DNA of 64,000 nt from NCBI GenBank assembly GCA_002269645.1, contig NIVC01003258.1, forward strand, positions 1-64,000. The letters run 5' to 3'. Made by a program: the position numbers and the translations under genes. Shown here piece by piece: positions 37,801 to 48,555 of the stretch (the first letter of the stretch is position 1; each line of letters begins with the position of its first letter). Source of the DNA: Macrostomum lignano (Eukaryota). The notes beneath the pieces are model-generated. The model did not search any database. It was given only the letters and a program-made list of their open reading frames with translations, and was not told where the DNA came from.

Positions 37801-38937
37801 GTTGCCGCTGTCTCCCACCCGTCCCTCAGTGGTTGCCGCTGTCTCCCACCTGTCCTTCAATGGTTGCCGCTGTCTCCTACCAGTCCTTCAGTAGTTGCCG
37901 CTGTGTCCCACCTTTCCTTCAGTGGTTGCCGCTGTCTCCTACCTGTCCTGCAGTGGTTGCCGCTGTCTCCCACCCGTCCCTCAGTGGTTGCCGCTGTCTC
38001 CCACCTGTCCTTCAATGGTTGCCGCTGTCTCCTACCAGTCCTTCAGTAGTTGCCGCTGTGTCCCACCTTTCCTTCAGTGGTTGCCGCTGTCTCCTACCTG
38101 TCCTGCAGTGGTTGCCGCTATCTTCTACCTGTCCTGCAGTGCTTGCCGCCGTCTCCCACCTGTCCTTCAGTGGTTGCCGCTGTCTTCCACGTGTCCCTCA
38201 GTGGTTGCGGCTGTCTCCCACTTGTCCTTTAGTGGTTGCCGCTATCTCCCACCTGTCCTCCAGTGGTTGCTGCTGTCTCCCACCTGTCCTTCATTAGTTG
38301 CCGCTGTCTCCCACCTGTCCTTCAGTAGTTGCCGCTGTCTCTCACCTGTCCTTCAGTGGTTGCCGCTGTCTCTCACCTGTCCTTCAGTGGTTGCCGCTGT
38401 CTCCCACCTGTCCTTCAGTGGTTACCGCTATCTCTCATTTGTCTTTGATTGGAAACATGTCATAATTTTCGATAATTCTAAGGCTAAAGCTACTCAATTT
38501 GGTTGTCAATGTCCTTCCTAATTCCCTCGCTGTTATAAACTCCTAAGTGACAGCAAGGGTTCGCTTGAGGACAAGATTAGCTTTCGGCTTCCAACTATCC
38601 TAGAACTGAGTCTTTGAATTATTGTTAGACCAGCTCTTGGACGCGAAGCGAACAATTAAATTTTATCTTAACTTACTTTCATTCCCCAATTCAATCCCCT
38701 CTTAATGCCCCAATTTTAATTCCCTGTGTTTAATTCGCAGTTCGCAGCAAAGGCTTCGTGTGCGAAGTGTGCGATATAGCTGTTACCTCCCAAGACCTGA
38801 TGGAGGCGCACCTGAAAGGCTACAGGCACGCTCTGCGCCAGCACGGTGGCTACATACCCGAAGGTCACGAGTTCTATGCTAAATACATGAAGCGGCAAGA
38901 GGCCATGCTTAGTTATCGTAAAATTAGAATCAACTAA
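31804..38937 (+). CDS. Matrin/U1-type C2H2 zinc-finger protein with four fingers (ZNF346/ZNF385-like RNA-binding protein), join(31804..32147,33287..33548,35058..35340,38741..38937)
   Basis: Four fingers with long His-His spacing: CELCDAKCTGEAMFKLHREGSKH, CDICNLTLHPELMKSHRAGVKH, CSVCNADFDAFKEAELHFNSKAH, CEVCDIAVTSQDLMEAHLKGYRH. Junction phases are compatible; the exon 3-4 junction is the least certain. Confidence 0.75.
32240..33225. repeat. Intronic 32-bp minisatellite CTTCAGTTGGTCCTGCTTGATTCCTTCAGGTA
   Basis: Direct inspection. Confidence 0.95.
33660..34952. repeat. Intronic 21-22-bp minisatellite CAGGTGTGACCTGTCAGATATG
   Basis: Direct inspection. Confidence 0.95.
35550..35708 (+). ncRNA. 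Box H/ACA snoRNA, copy 1 (variant)
   Basis: Hairpin TGTCCT...TTGCTGT/ACAGCAA...AGGACA, H box AGATTA, second hairpin GCTTC...GGAGC, ACA plus 3 nt; one substitution in the first pocket (TCCGCTT). Confidence 0.75.
35743..35892 (+). ncRNA. Box H/ACA snoRNA, copy 2
   Basis: Perfect 10-bp upper stem CCCTTGCTGT/ACAGCAAGGG; lower stem GTCCT/AGGAC; H box AGATTA 14 nt below the upper stem; second hairpin ending GAAGCGA-ACA-TCT. Confidence 0.85.
35925..36330. repeat. 31-bp minisatellite CAGTGGTTGCCGCTGTCTCCCACCTGTCCTT (array 1)
   Basis: Direct inspection; lies between snoRNA copies 2 and 3. Confidence 0.9.
36395..36547 (+). ncRNA. Box H/ACA snoRNA, copy 3
   Basis: Same two-hairpin fold, H box AGATTA, terminal ACA-TTG. 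Confidence 0.8.
36648..36968. repeat. 35-bp minisatellite GGAGGGTAATTATTCCAATCTGTATCAGTGTCAGT
   Basis: Direct inspection; about 9 copies. Confidence 0.9.
37050..37199 (+). ncRNA. Box H/ACA snoRNA, copy 4
   Basis: H box AAATTA; second upper stem fully paired (AGAACTGG/CCAGTTCT) with a different loop; terminal ACA-TAC. Confidence 0.8.
37382..37530 (+). ncRNA. Box H/ACA snoRNA, copy 5
   Basis: Near-identical to copy 2; H box AGATTA; ACA-TCT. Confidence 0.85.
37570..38440. repeat. 31-bp minisatellite CAGTGGTTGCCGCTGTCTCCCACCTGTCCTT (array 2)
   Basis: Same unit as 35925-36330; lies between snoRNA copies 5 and 6. Confidence 0.9.
38510..38657 (+). ncRNA. Box H/ACA snoRNA, copy 6
   Basis: Same fold and boxes; ACA-ATT ends about 83 nt upstream of the acceptor at 38740. 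Confidence 0.85.
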
Positions 38938-39144
38938 TTTATTATAGTGCATACTCTGCGTGCTGTGTCCCCGTGCGTAGGAGACTTGACTTTTCAAAAT
39001 TAATCTAGCAATGATGGTTTGTATTCTTTATTCTTTATTTGCTAAAAACTACTTATGCGATGGAGTTGAAATTATGCTTATTGTCTATCTGTGTGCTTAG
39101 CCTTTGGCTCTGTGATTAACATAGATATGTGTTGAGAATGCTCC

Positions 39145-39362
39145 CACATCCTCAGTTGCTGGGCCAGCCTCTCAGATCATCAGTTGCTAGGCCAGCCTCC
39201 CAAATCCTCAGTTGCTGGGCCAGCCTCCCAGATCCTCAGTTGCTGGGCCAACCTCCTAGATCCTCAGCTGCTAGGCCAGCCTCCCAGATCCTCAGTTGCT
39301 GGGCCAACCTCCCAGATCCTCAGTTGCTAGGCCAGCCTCCCAGATCCTCAGTTGCTGGGCCG
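39145..39362. repeat. 28-bp minisatellite CCAGATCCTCAGTTGCTGGGCCAGCCTC
   Basis: Direct inspection; reverse complement of the 61120-63240 unit. Confidence 0.9.
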
Positions 39363-39959
39363 CCCAAGCAAATTAACACAACACCTCACAGTAATACACA
39401 CTTTATATTCATAAATTAAGTTGCATAAAAATTTGAGACTTTGGCTAAGCTCGATAGTGAAAATGTGTTTAGGGTTTAAATTTAGATGATAGAGTTTAGT
39501 ATTTAATAATTTAATACTTTCCCTTGCATCTTGAAGCTTTGTTATTCGATGCGAACACGTTTTAAAGTAGTGCGGAATTAACGTATTTAATTAAAATCGA
39601 TAATATAAAATTTTGTACAAGGCTACAAGATGATAAAAATGCGTTCTGTTTGTTAACGTTTTTGCCTATTATAAATTTTGTAAGTATTTATATTGCTATT
39701 AGTAAGCAAGCGTATAGTTGCTTAAGATTATTAATAGACAAGTTGTTTTTCTATAATTATGTTCAAAGCAATTTTTGTATGAGTGTTTTTCTGCCTGGCC
39801 TCCGCTATTCAAGGAGTTGGTTTGTTTTTTGCGCTTAATAAATCATTGAATGTTGTAACTTTATTAGCTGAATATATAATTATACAGACTGAAAATAGTA
39901 AGTAAGTGCGTTATTGTTTTCTGTTTTATAGTCCTATACTTTGACTCCCTCTGTATCAC

Positions 39960-41660
39960 GCCTCTTCATCTATCTCCCTCTCCTACCCATCTCTATCTCC
40001 CTTTCCATCTCCCCATCTCTATCTCCCTCTCCTACCCATCTCTATCTCCCTTTCCATCTCCCCATCTCTATCTCCCTCTCCTACCCATCTCTATCTCCCT
40101 TTCCATCTCCCCATCTCTATCTCCCTCTCCTACCCATCTCTATCTCCCTTTCCATCTCCCCATCTCTATCTCCCTCTCCTACCCATCTCTATCTCCCTCT
40201 CCTACCCATCTCTATCTCCCTCTCCTACCCATCTCTATCTCCCTTTCCATCTCCCCATCTCTATCTCCCTCTCCTACCCATCTCTATCTCCCTTTCCATC
40301 TCCCCATCTCTATCTCCCTCTCCTACCCATCTCTATCTCCCTCTCCATCTCCCCATCTCTATCTCCCTCTCCTACCCATCTCTATCTCCCTCTCCTACCC
40401 ATCTCTATCTCCCTCTCCATCTCCCCATCTCTATCTCCCCTCTCTATCTCCCTATCCATCTCCCCATCTCTATCTCCCTCTCCTACCCATCTCTATCTCC
40501 CTCTCCTACCCATCTCTATCTCCCTCTCCTACCCATCTCTATCTCCCTTTCCATCTCCCCATCTCTATCTCCCTCTCCTACCCATCTCTATCTCCCTTTC
40601 CATCTCCCCATCTCTATCTCCCTCTCCTACCCATCTCTATCTCCCTTTCCATCTCCCCATCTCTATCTCCCTCTCTTACCCATCTCTATCTCCCTCTCCT
40701 ACCCATCTCTATCTCCCTCTCCATCTCCCCATCTCTATCTCCCCTCTCTATCTCCCTTTCCATCTCCCCATCTCTATCTCCCTCTCCATCTCCCCATCTT
40801 TATCTCCCTCTCCATCTCCCCATCTCTATCTCCCTCTTCATCTCCCCATCTCTATCTCCCTCTCCATCTCCCCATCTCTATCTACCTCTACATCTCCCCA
40901 TCTCTATCTCCCTCTTCATCTCCCCATCTCTATCTCCCTCTCCATCTCCCCATCTCTATCTACCTCTACATCTCCCCATCTATATCTACCTCTACATCTC
41001 CCCATCTCTATCTCCCTCTCAATCTCCCCATCTCTATCTCCCTCTCCTACCCATCTCTATCTCCCTCTCCATCTCCCCATCTCTATCTCCCTCTCCTACC
41101 CATCTCTATCTCCCTCCCCATCTCTATCTCCCTCCCCATCTCCCCATCTCTATCTCCCTCCCCATCTCCCCATCTCTATCTCCCTCTCCATCTCCCCATC
41201 TCTATCTCCCTTTCCATCTCCCCATCTCTATCTCCCTCTCCATCTCCCCATCTCTATCTCCCTCTCCTACCCATCTCTATCTCCCTCCCCATCTCCCCAT
41301 CTCTATCTCCCTCTCCTACCCATCTCTATCTCCCTCCCCATCTCCCCATCTCTATCTCCCTCCCCATCTCCCCATCTCTATCTCCCTCTCCATCTCCCCA
41401 TCTCTATCTCCCTTTCCATCTCCCCATCTCTATCTCCCTCTCCATCTCCCCATCTCTATCTCCCTCTCCTACCCATCTCTATCTCCCTCCCCATCTCCCC
41501 ATCTCTATCTCCCTCCCCATCTCCCCATCTCTATCTCCCTCTCCATCTCCCCATCTCTATCTCCCTTTCCATCTCCCCATCTCTATCTCCCTCTCCATCT
41601 CCCCATCTCTATCTCCCTCTCCATCTCCCCATCTCTATCTCCCTCTTCATCTCCCCTCTC
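39960..41660. repeat. Pyrimidine-rich satellite (CCATCTCTATCTCCCTCT-type units)
   Basis: Direct inspection; + strand is almost devoid of G. Confidence 0.95.
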
Positions 41661-42479
41661 TATCTCGCACATGTCTCTCCTCTCTTTCTTTCCTTCGACC
41701 CCCGCTGTCTATTTTCTTTCTTTTTATCACCTAACTAAAGTGTTTAACTGTCTTTGCGTCTAAATCATTTGCTAAACTATTCGTTTTCTTTTAATTAGCA
41801 ACCTAGTACAAAAACACTGACATAAAAGATAAATAAACACAATAAAAGTTAATGTATTCATTTTTCGTTACGTATTCTAAATGGCTAATTTGTCATTTAT
41901 TGACCATGAAGGCCAACATTTAAGGCAACTCCGATGTGTACAGTTACAGCGCTCAGGACATATCTTAGTTTTACATAGTACATATCTATCTATCTATTCA
42001 CATATTTATCTAGCTAGAATTCATATTTTCGGAATTGCCCAAAGTATTGCCTGAAGGGATTTGCCATTGATACTTGAGGGAATCCGTCTAAAAGAACATC
42101 GTCCTAATAAATACTCGTAGCAGAGATAGGTCGAGTTTTGATTTTGCTGGTTTGACAGCCTTTGGATCTCAGCAAATACTGGTACTGGAAGCAGATCAAA
42201 TTTTGGTCTTTAAATATCAAATTGTTGCTAGGTAAATAGGTGAATAAGTAGATAGATGCATAGATAGATAGATACATAGAAGATAGATAGGTAGATACAT
42301 AGGTAGATACATAGGTAGATAGATAGATATAGATATAAAAACAAAGGAAAAATTCACGCACACAGTTCGACTAGGTTTATTGGAACCGATATTACGGCCT
42401 AGACTAGGCTTTCTTTAGGGTTTAATTATTTATTTAATAACAACAAAAATGCAAAAAAGCTAATTAAAAGAGTCAAAGA

Positions 42480-42573
42480 TAGATGGATAGATAGATAGAT
42501 AGATAGATAAGGTAGATAGATAGATAGATAAGGTAGATAGATAGATAGATAGGTAGATAGATAGATAGGTAGG

Positions 42574-42615
<42 letters not shown>

Positions 42616-42763
42616 TATAGATAGATAGATATGTAGATAGATAGATAGATAGGTAGATAGATAGATAAGGTAGATAGATAGATAGATAAGGTAGATAGAT
42701 AGATAGATAGATAGGTAGATAGATAGATAGATAAATAGGTAGATAGATAGATAGGTAGGTAGG

Positions 42764-42845
<82 letters not shown>

Positions 42846-42967
42846 TATAGATAGATAGATATGTAGGTAGATAGATAGATAGATAGGTAGATAGATAGAT
42901 AGATAGGTAGATAGATAGATAGATAGGTAGATAGATAGATAGATGGATAGATAGATAGATATGTAGG

Positions 42968-43000
<33 letters not shown>

Positions 43001-43005
43001 GGATG

Positions 43006-43080
<75 letters not shown>

Positions 43081-43103
43081 GGATAGATAGATAGATATGT
43101 AGG

Positions 43104-43140
<37 letters not shown>

Positions 43141-43205
43141 GGATAGATAGGTAGATAGATATTGGCGGATGGATAGATCTTAATGTAGCATAATAGATAG
43201 GTAGA
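42480..43205. repeat. (GATA)n microsatellite
   Basis: Direct inspection; a shorter tract also lies at ~42245-42335. Confidence 0.95.
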
Positions 43206-43419
43206 ATGAGTAGGCAAGCAGTCATGCTGTATAGTTATCGCGCTCAGACAGGGTGTACAGCGGTCCTGACTCCAATCGCCAGGCATGTACACTGTGCCAA
43301 GGCATTTGGCTCACATAGGTGTGAATCGTGCACAGAATCAAACCCGGGTACTCAGGCTTCAATGTTCGCTAATAGCAATCCACAAAGTTGAATTTAGTTA
43401 ATAAACTAATTAATAATTC

Positions 43420-46400
43420 ATGGCCAGCCACATTGTTGCCACAAGTCGCAGGCACCAGCTTGACAGGTGGGGCGTGTTCAGCCTGATTGAACCGGAGCTG
43501 TGGGATCAGATTTCCTGGGCAGTTGTGTTTGGAAACAACGGCAGCGAAGCAATCTTAGTTGCTAACAGAGAGCAGGGCTCAGATTGTCGAGTGCTAAGCG
43601 TTGGCACCAATTCTAGCGGATGCCTTGGATTGGGAGATGCTCAGAGTTGTCTGAATCCGACTGAGGTATGTACTGTTCTCATTGGGTGCAGCTGCTATTA
43701 GTCAGGACTTGTTATGAAGATTTGATTGGTTGGGAAAAGACAGCATGCGTTTTTATTAGTCAACGCGGATCTCAGCATGGGTTCTGATTGGTCAGAGAAA
43801 ATCAGCATGGGTTCTGATTGGTCAGAAAATCAGCATGGGTTCTGATTGGTCCGGAAAAGTCAGCATGGGTTCTGATTGGTCAGAAAATCAGCATAGGTTC
43901 TGATTGGTCAGAGAAAATCAGCATGGGTTCTGATTGGTCAGAGAAAATCAGCATGGGTTCTGATTGGTCAGAGAAAATCAGCATGGGTTCTGATTGGTCA
44001 GAGAAAATCAGCATGGGTTCTGATTGGTCAGAAAATCAGCATGGGTTCTGATTGGTCAGAAAATCAGCATGGGTTCTGATTGGTCAGAGAAAATCAGCAT
44101 GGGTTCTGATTGGTCAGAAAATCAGCATGGGTTCTGATTGGTCCGGAAAATTCAGCATGGGTTCTGATTGGTCAGAAAATCAGCATGGATTCTGATTGGT
44201 CAGAAAATCAGCATGGGTTCTGATTGGTCCGGAAAAGTCAGCATGGGTTCTGATTGGTCAGAAAATCAGCATGGGTTCTAATTGGTCAGAGAAAATCAGC
44301 ATGGGTTCTGATTGGTCAGAGAAAATCAGCATGGGTTCTGATTGGTCAGAGAAAATCAGCATGGGTTCTGATTGGTCAGAGAAAATCAGCATGGGTTCTG
44401 ATTGGTCAGAGAAAATCAGCATAGGTTCTGATTGGTCAGAGAAAATCAGCATGGGTTCTGATTGGTTCTGACTTATCCATGCAGTTAACAGTCGGGTAAC
44501 CTTCCGCAAACCTCTACCTCTACATTCAGATCGAAGCCCTTCGCGGCATCGTGTTAGTCGACTTAGCCTGTGGCTCCGGGCCTCACTGCCTGGCGCTGAC
44601 CGCAGATGGCAGACTCTACTGCTGGGGTCACAATGGCTATGGACAGCTTGGCAACGGTGGCACCGTCCAGTTGCTGACGCCCGCGCCTTGCGCCGGCCTA
44701 GATGACGGTGTTCGGGTGCTGTCGATTGCCTGCGGTGGCAATCACTCACTGGCTTTGGTGGCCTCGTGCTCCAGCGGTGGCAACGGCAACAGTTGCTGCG
44801 TACAGGGCGAAGTGTTCGCCTGGGGCCAGAATAACTACGGCCAGGTGGGCTGCGGCGCGGCCGCGGCTACTCAGGCCACGCCTAGGCGGGCTGGCGGCTC
44901 GCTGGCCAGCGGCAGGCCGGTGCGAATCGTGGCCTGCTGTCAGACTTCCTCTTTTGCCGTGGACGAAGTCGGAGAGGTGAGCAATGTTTCTTTGGGTTTC
45001 TCTGGGTTTCTTTGATGTGCCGCCGCAGTCTCTTATCTCTGGTTTCTTTGATGTGCCGCCGTAGTCTCTTATATCTGGTTTCTTTGATGTGCCGCCATAT
45101 CTTTGGTTTCTTTGATGTTCAGCCGCAGCCTCTTATCTCTGGTTTCTTTGGTGTGCCTCCCATTATCTCTTACCTATATGGTTTCTTTGATGTGCCACCG
45201 TAGTCTCTTATATCTGGTTTCTTTGATGTGCCGCTCCTTATGTCTTATCTCTGGTTTCTTTGATGTGCCGCTCCTTATGTCTTATCTCTGGTTTCTTTGA
45301 TGTGCCGCTCCTTATCTCTTACCTCTGGTTTCTTAGATGTGCCGCCGTAGTCTCTTATCTCGGGTTTCTTTGATGTGCTGCCGTAGTCTCTTATATCTGG
45401 ATTCTTTGGTGTGCCGCCATAGTCTCTTATCTCTGGATTCTTTAATGTGGCGCCCAAATCAACATATACTACCTTATCACTTTCGATCCACCAAGGTGCA
45501 CGCCTGGGGCTTCAACGGCAGCGGCCAGTTGGGCACAGGCGGTTGCGCAAATCAGCCGTTGCCGATCCGACTCGACAACTGGCCCAGGGGAGGCGTCGGA
45601 GGCGTCAGCGGCGCTGGCGGAGGCGTGGCCCGTCTGGCCTGTGGCGCCGGTCACGTGCTGGCTGTGTCCACCAGCGGCCGCCTGTTCGCCTGGGGCGCGA
45701 ACTCGCACGGCCAGCTGGGCACTGGGGGCAAGTCGAACTCGTCGGCACCAACGGCAGTCAATATTCCTTCTGGCGTTGGGGTAAGCCTAGAGACATGGTA
45801 GAGTCATTTGCAAACAACTCTCTAGTGACTCTTGTGCATCTGAGGCGACTCTTGTGACTTTTTAACAACTCAAACGCGTCAAATGCGATGCAGAGGCGAC
45901 TGTTGCATCACAATCGCGTCACGTGAGTTGTAGAATCGTAAATTAGTCGCAAAAAGTCGTCCAAGAATCGTTGTGCTGGCCCGGTTAACTTCCTACAACT
46001 CAGTAGGCTATTTAGAGTGCAATTAGAGTTAAATAGGCTAAAACTGAGTGTTCATTGCCCGATTAAAAGACGCGATCTGCAACGCGTCTGAAATAAACGA
46101 CTTTGGGGCGACGCAAGTGACTCCGGGACGCTTCTTGGCCTCGGTACCGTTTTCATTGGGCTACTGATTTAGGAGTTAATTTTCCGTATAATATAGTGTA
46201 GTGGACTAGCCATCTCAGCCCCCCATGGGGGAAAGTACTAAATGAAGAAATAGAGTTTTCCCTCTTTGTGCCACGACATCTCAGGAACTCCCCTGGGAGC
46301 CTTGTCATTCCCTTATTTTACTCGTAGTAGCATATAACGCATTTCGGTATTTCCATAATTGCCCAGGTTCAAGGTCGGGGCGACGATGTCGCTGCCTATC

Positions 46401-48345
46401 GAGTGCTGGACATCGGGGCGGCGCACTATAGCAATCTGTCCACTGCTCTTGTCGCTTCGCCAAATGGTTCTGGCTGCGGGTCGCCCAACACGCCCGTGGT
46501 GTTCGCCTGGGGCCACAGCCGGGGCCAGTCCTTGTCCGTTCCCGTGCAGACTCGATTCGCTGAGTTGAACGACGCTTTCGCCTGTCTGTCAAGTCCAGCC
46601 GTGACCTGTCGGAGGCTGCTGCTGTCTGGCGGTTGCAGTGAGTTAAGCAGAGTTGGTTGCGGTTAGTATGTACCCTTCAGGTGGTGACGAGTTTCCATAG
46701 CAACCTCTAGAAGCCCTACAGTAAAATCGACTCCATAGCAACCGCTAGCAGCCCTACAGTAAAATCGAGTTTCCATAGCAACCGCTACCTGCCCTACAAT
46801 AAAATCAAGTTTCCATAGCAACCGCTACCTGCCCTACAGTAAAATCAAGTTTCCATAGCAACCGCAATGCAGTTCCACTATATGACTTTGTTTCCTGTCC
46901 CCCCAAACAGAGCCTGCCTCGGACACAGCTGATGAGTCATCAGCCCCGGCCACCGTGGCCGACAGCATTCGCCAGGCATTCGACGATCCTTCAACTAGCG
47001 ACGTCACTTTTCGAGTCGACGGTCGCGACATTCGAGCTCACAGATCGTTGCTCAGGATTCGGTGTAGACATTTCCGAAGCATGCTTAGCGACAGCTGGTC
47101 CGAGCACCGACAGGAGGTTATCGAAGTTCGCGACTACTCCTATAGCGTCTACCGGGCTTTCCTTGAGTACCTGTACAGCGACACCGTCTGTCTGTCGCCT
47201 GAGGACGATCACGACGCTTCGTCAGTTGGACTTCTTGATCTGGCAAACTGCTATTGCGAGACCCGGCTGAAGTCGCTGTGCGAGGAGCTGATTGAGCAGC
47301 GGGTCAACGTTGACAATGCCCTGGAGTTGTACGCTGCCGCGATCCGGTTCTCCGCTCCTGTGAGTTCCTGTGATGACTCATCTGTGTGTGATCAATGCTG
47401 ACCCATCTCTGATCCCCATGCTGACCCATTTGTGTGATACTGATCCCCATGCTGACCCATCTGTGTGATCCCCATGCTGACCCATCTGTGTGATCCCCAT
47501 GCTGACCCACCTGTGTCATCCCCATGCTGACCCACCTGTGTCATCCCCATGCTGACCCACCTGTGTCATCCCCATGCTGACCCATCTGTGTCATCCCCAT
47601 GCTGACCCATCTGTGTGATCCCCATGCTGACTCATCTGTGTGTAATCCCTATGCTGACCCACCTGTGTAATCCCCATTCTGACCCACCTGTGTGATCCCC
47701 ATGCTGACCCACCTGTGCAATCCCCATGCTGACCCACCTGTGTAATCCCCATGCTGACCCACCTGTGCAATCCCCATGCTGACCCATCTGTGTGATCCCC
47801 ATGCTGACCCACCTGTGTAATCCCCATGCTGACCCACCTGTGTCATCCCCATGCTGACCCATCTGTGTCATCCCCATGCTGACCCATCTGTGTGATCCCC
47901 ATGCTGACTCATCTGTGTGTAATCCCTATGCTGACCCACCTGTGTAATCCCCATTCTGACCCACCTGTGTGATCCCCATGCTGACCCACCTGTGCAATCC
48001 CCATGCTGACCCACCTGTGTAATCCCCATGCTGACCCACCTGTGCAATCCCCATGCTGACCCATCTGTGTGATCCCCATGCTGACCCACCTGTGTATTCC
48101 CCTGCTGACCCACCTGTGTAATCCCCATGCTGACCCATCTCTCTGATTCTCTGCTAAGTTTGCAGCAATCCCCAATGCTTTTCGGCGCTGCCTGCCTGTT
48201 GCAGACTCTGGAGCAGTTCTGCTTCAACTTCGCAGTCTACAACCTGAGCGCGGTGGTCTCTGCCGAGTCTTTCAGTCAGCTGGACGAATTTACTTTGAAG
48301 CAGTTCATGCGGCTGGCGGCCAAAGCGGGGGCGTTCAAGTATTGA
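43420..48345 (+). CDS. RCBTB1: RCC1 and BTB domain-containing protein, join(43420..43665,44530..44976,45496..45780,46367..46637,46911..47359,48205..48345)
   Basis: RCC1 repeats (WGHNGYGQLG, WGQNNYGQVG, WGFNGSGQLG, WGANSHGQLG); BTB domain (SDVTFRVDG...HRSLLRIRCRHFRSM...FLEYLYSD); C-terminal LEQFCFNF...AGAFKY typical of RCBTB1/2. Junctions are phase-compatible. Confidence 0.9.
43780..44470. repeat. Intronic 29-30-bp minisatellite GAAAATCAGCATGGGTTCTGATTGGTCAGA
   Basis: Direct inspection. Confidence 0.95.
45010..45440. repeat. Intronic ~35-37-bp minisatellite TCTCTGGTTTCTTTGATGTGCCGCCGTAGTCTCTTA
   Basis: Direct inspection; degenerate. Confidence 0.85.
46700..46865. repeat. Intronic ~40-bp tandem repeat (TTCCATAGCAACCGCTAC...CCCTACAGTAAAATC), about 4 copies
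   Basis: Direct inspection. Confidence 0.8.
47395..48140. repeat. Intronic 25-bp minisatellite CCCCATGCTGACCCACCTGTGTAAT
   Basis: Direct inspection. Confidence 0.95.
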
Positions 48346-48555
48346 TCACAACCAGTAGTAGATAGCGCGTTTTATGGCGTTTTATGAATATTATTTTAAC
48401 TCAAATTGGACCAAGTCATATGGAGTCTGTGTTAATTATATAAACTTCCCTTCACATCAAATGCAGCTGGAAATTCATTGACATTTTTAATGCGAAATTT
48501 ATAATATTCTTTGGTAATATTAATTTATTCTATTTTGTTTATTATTGGATATTTA

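Noticed and set aside
39941-43292. 597-aa, 288-aa and 250-aa low-complexity ORFs
   Set aside because: CT-rich satellite and (GATA)n microsatellite.
48127-48204. Longer last exon of RCBTB1 using acceptor 48165
   Set aside because: Alignment with the RCBTB C-terminus as recalled favours acceptor 48204; the upstream site would add 13 non-homologous residues.
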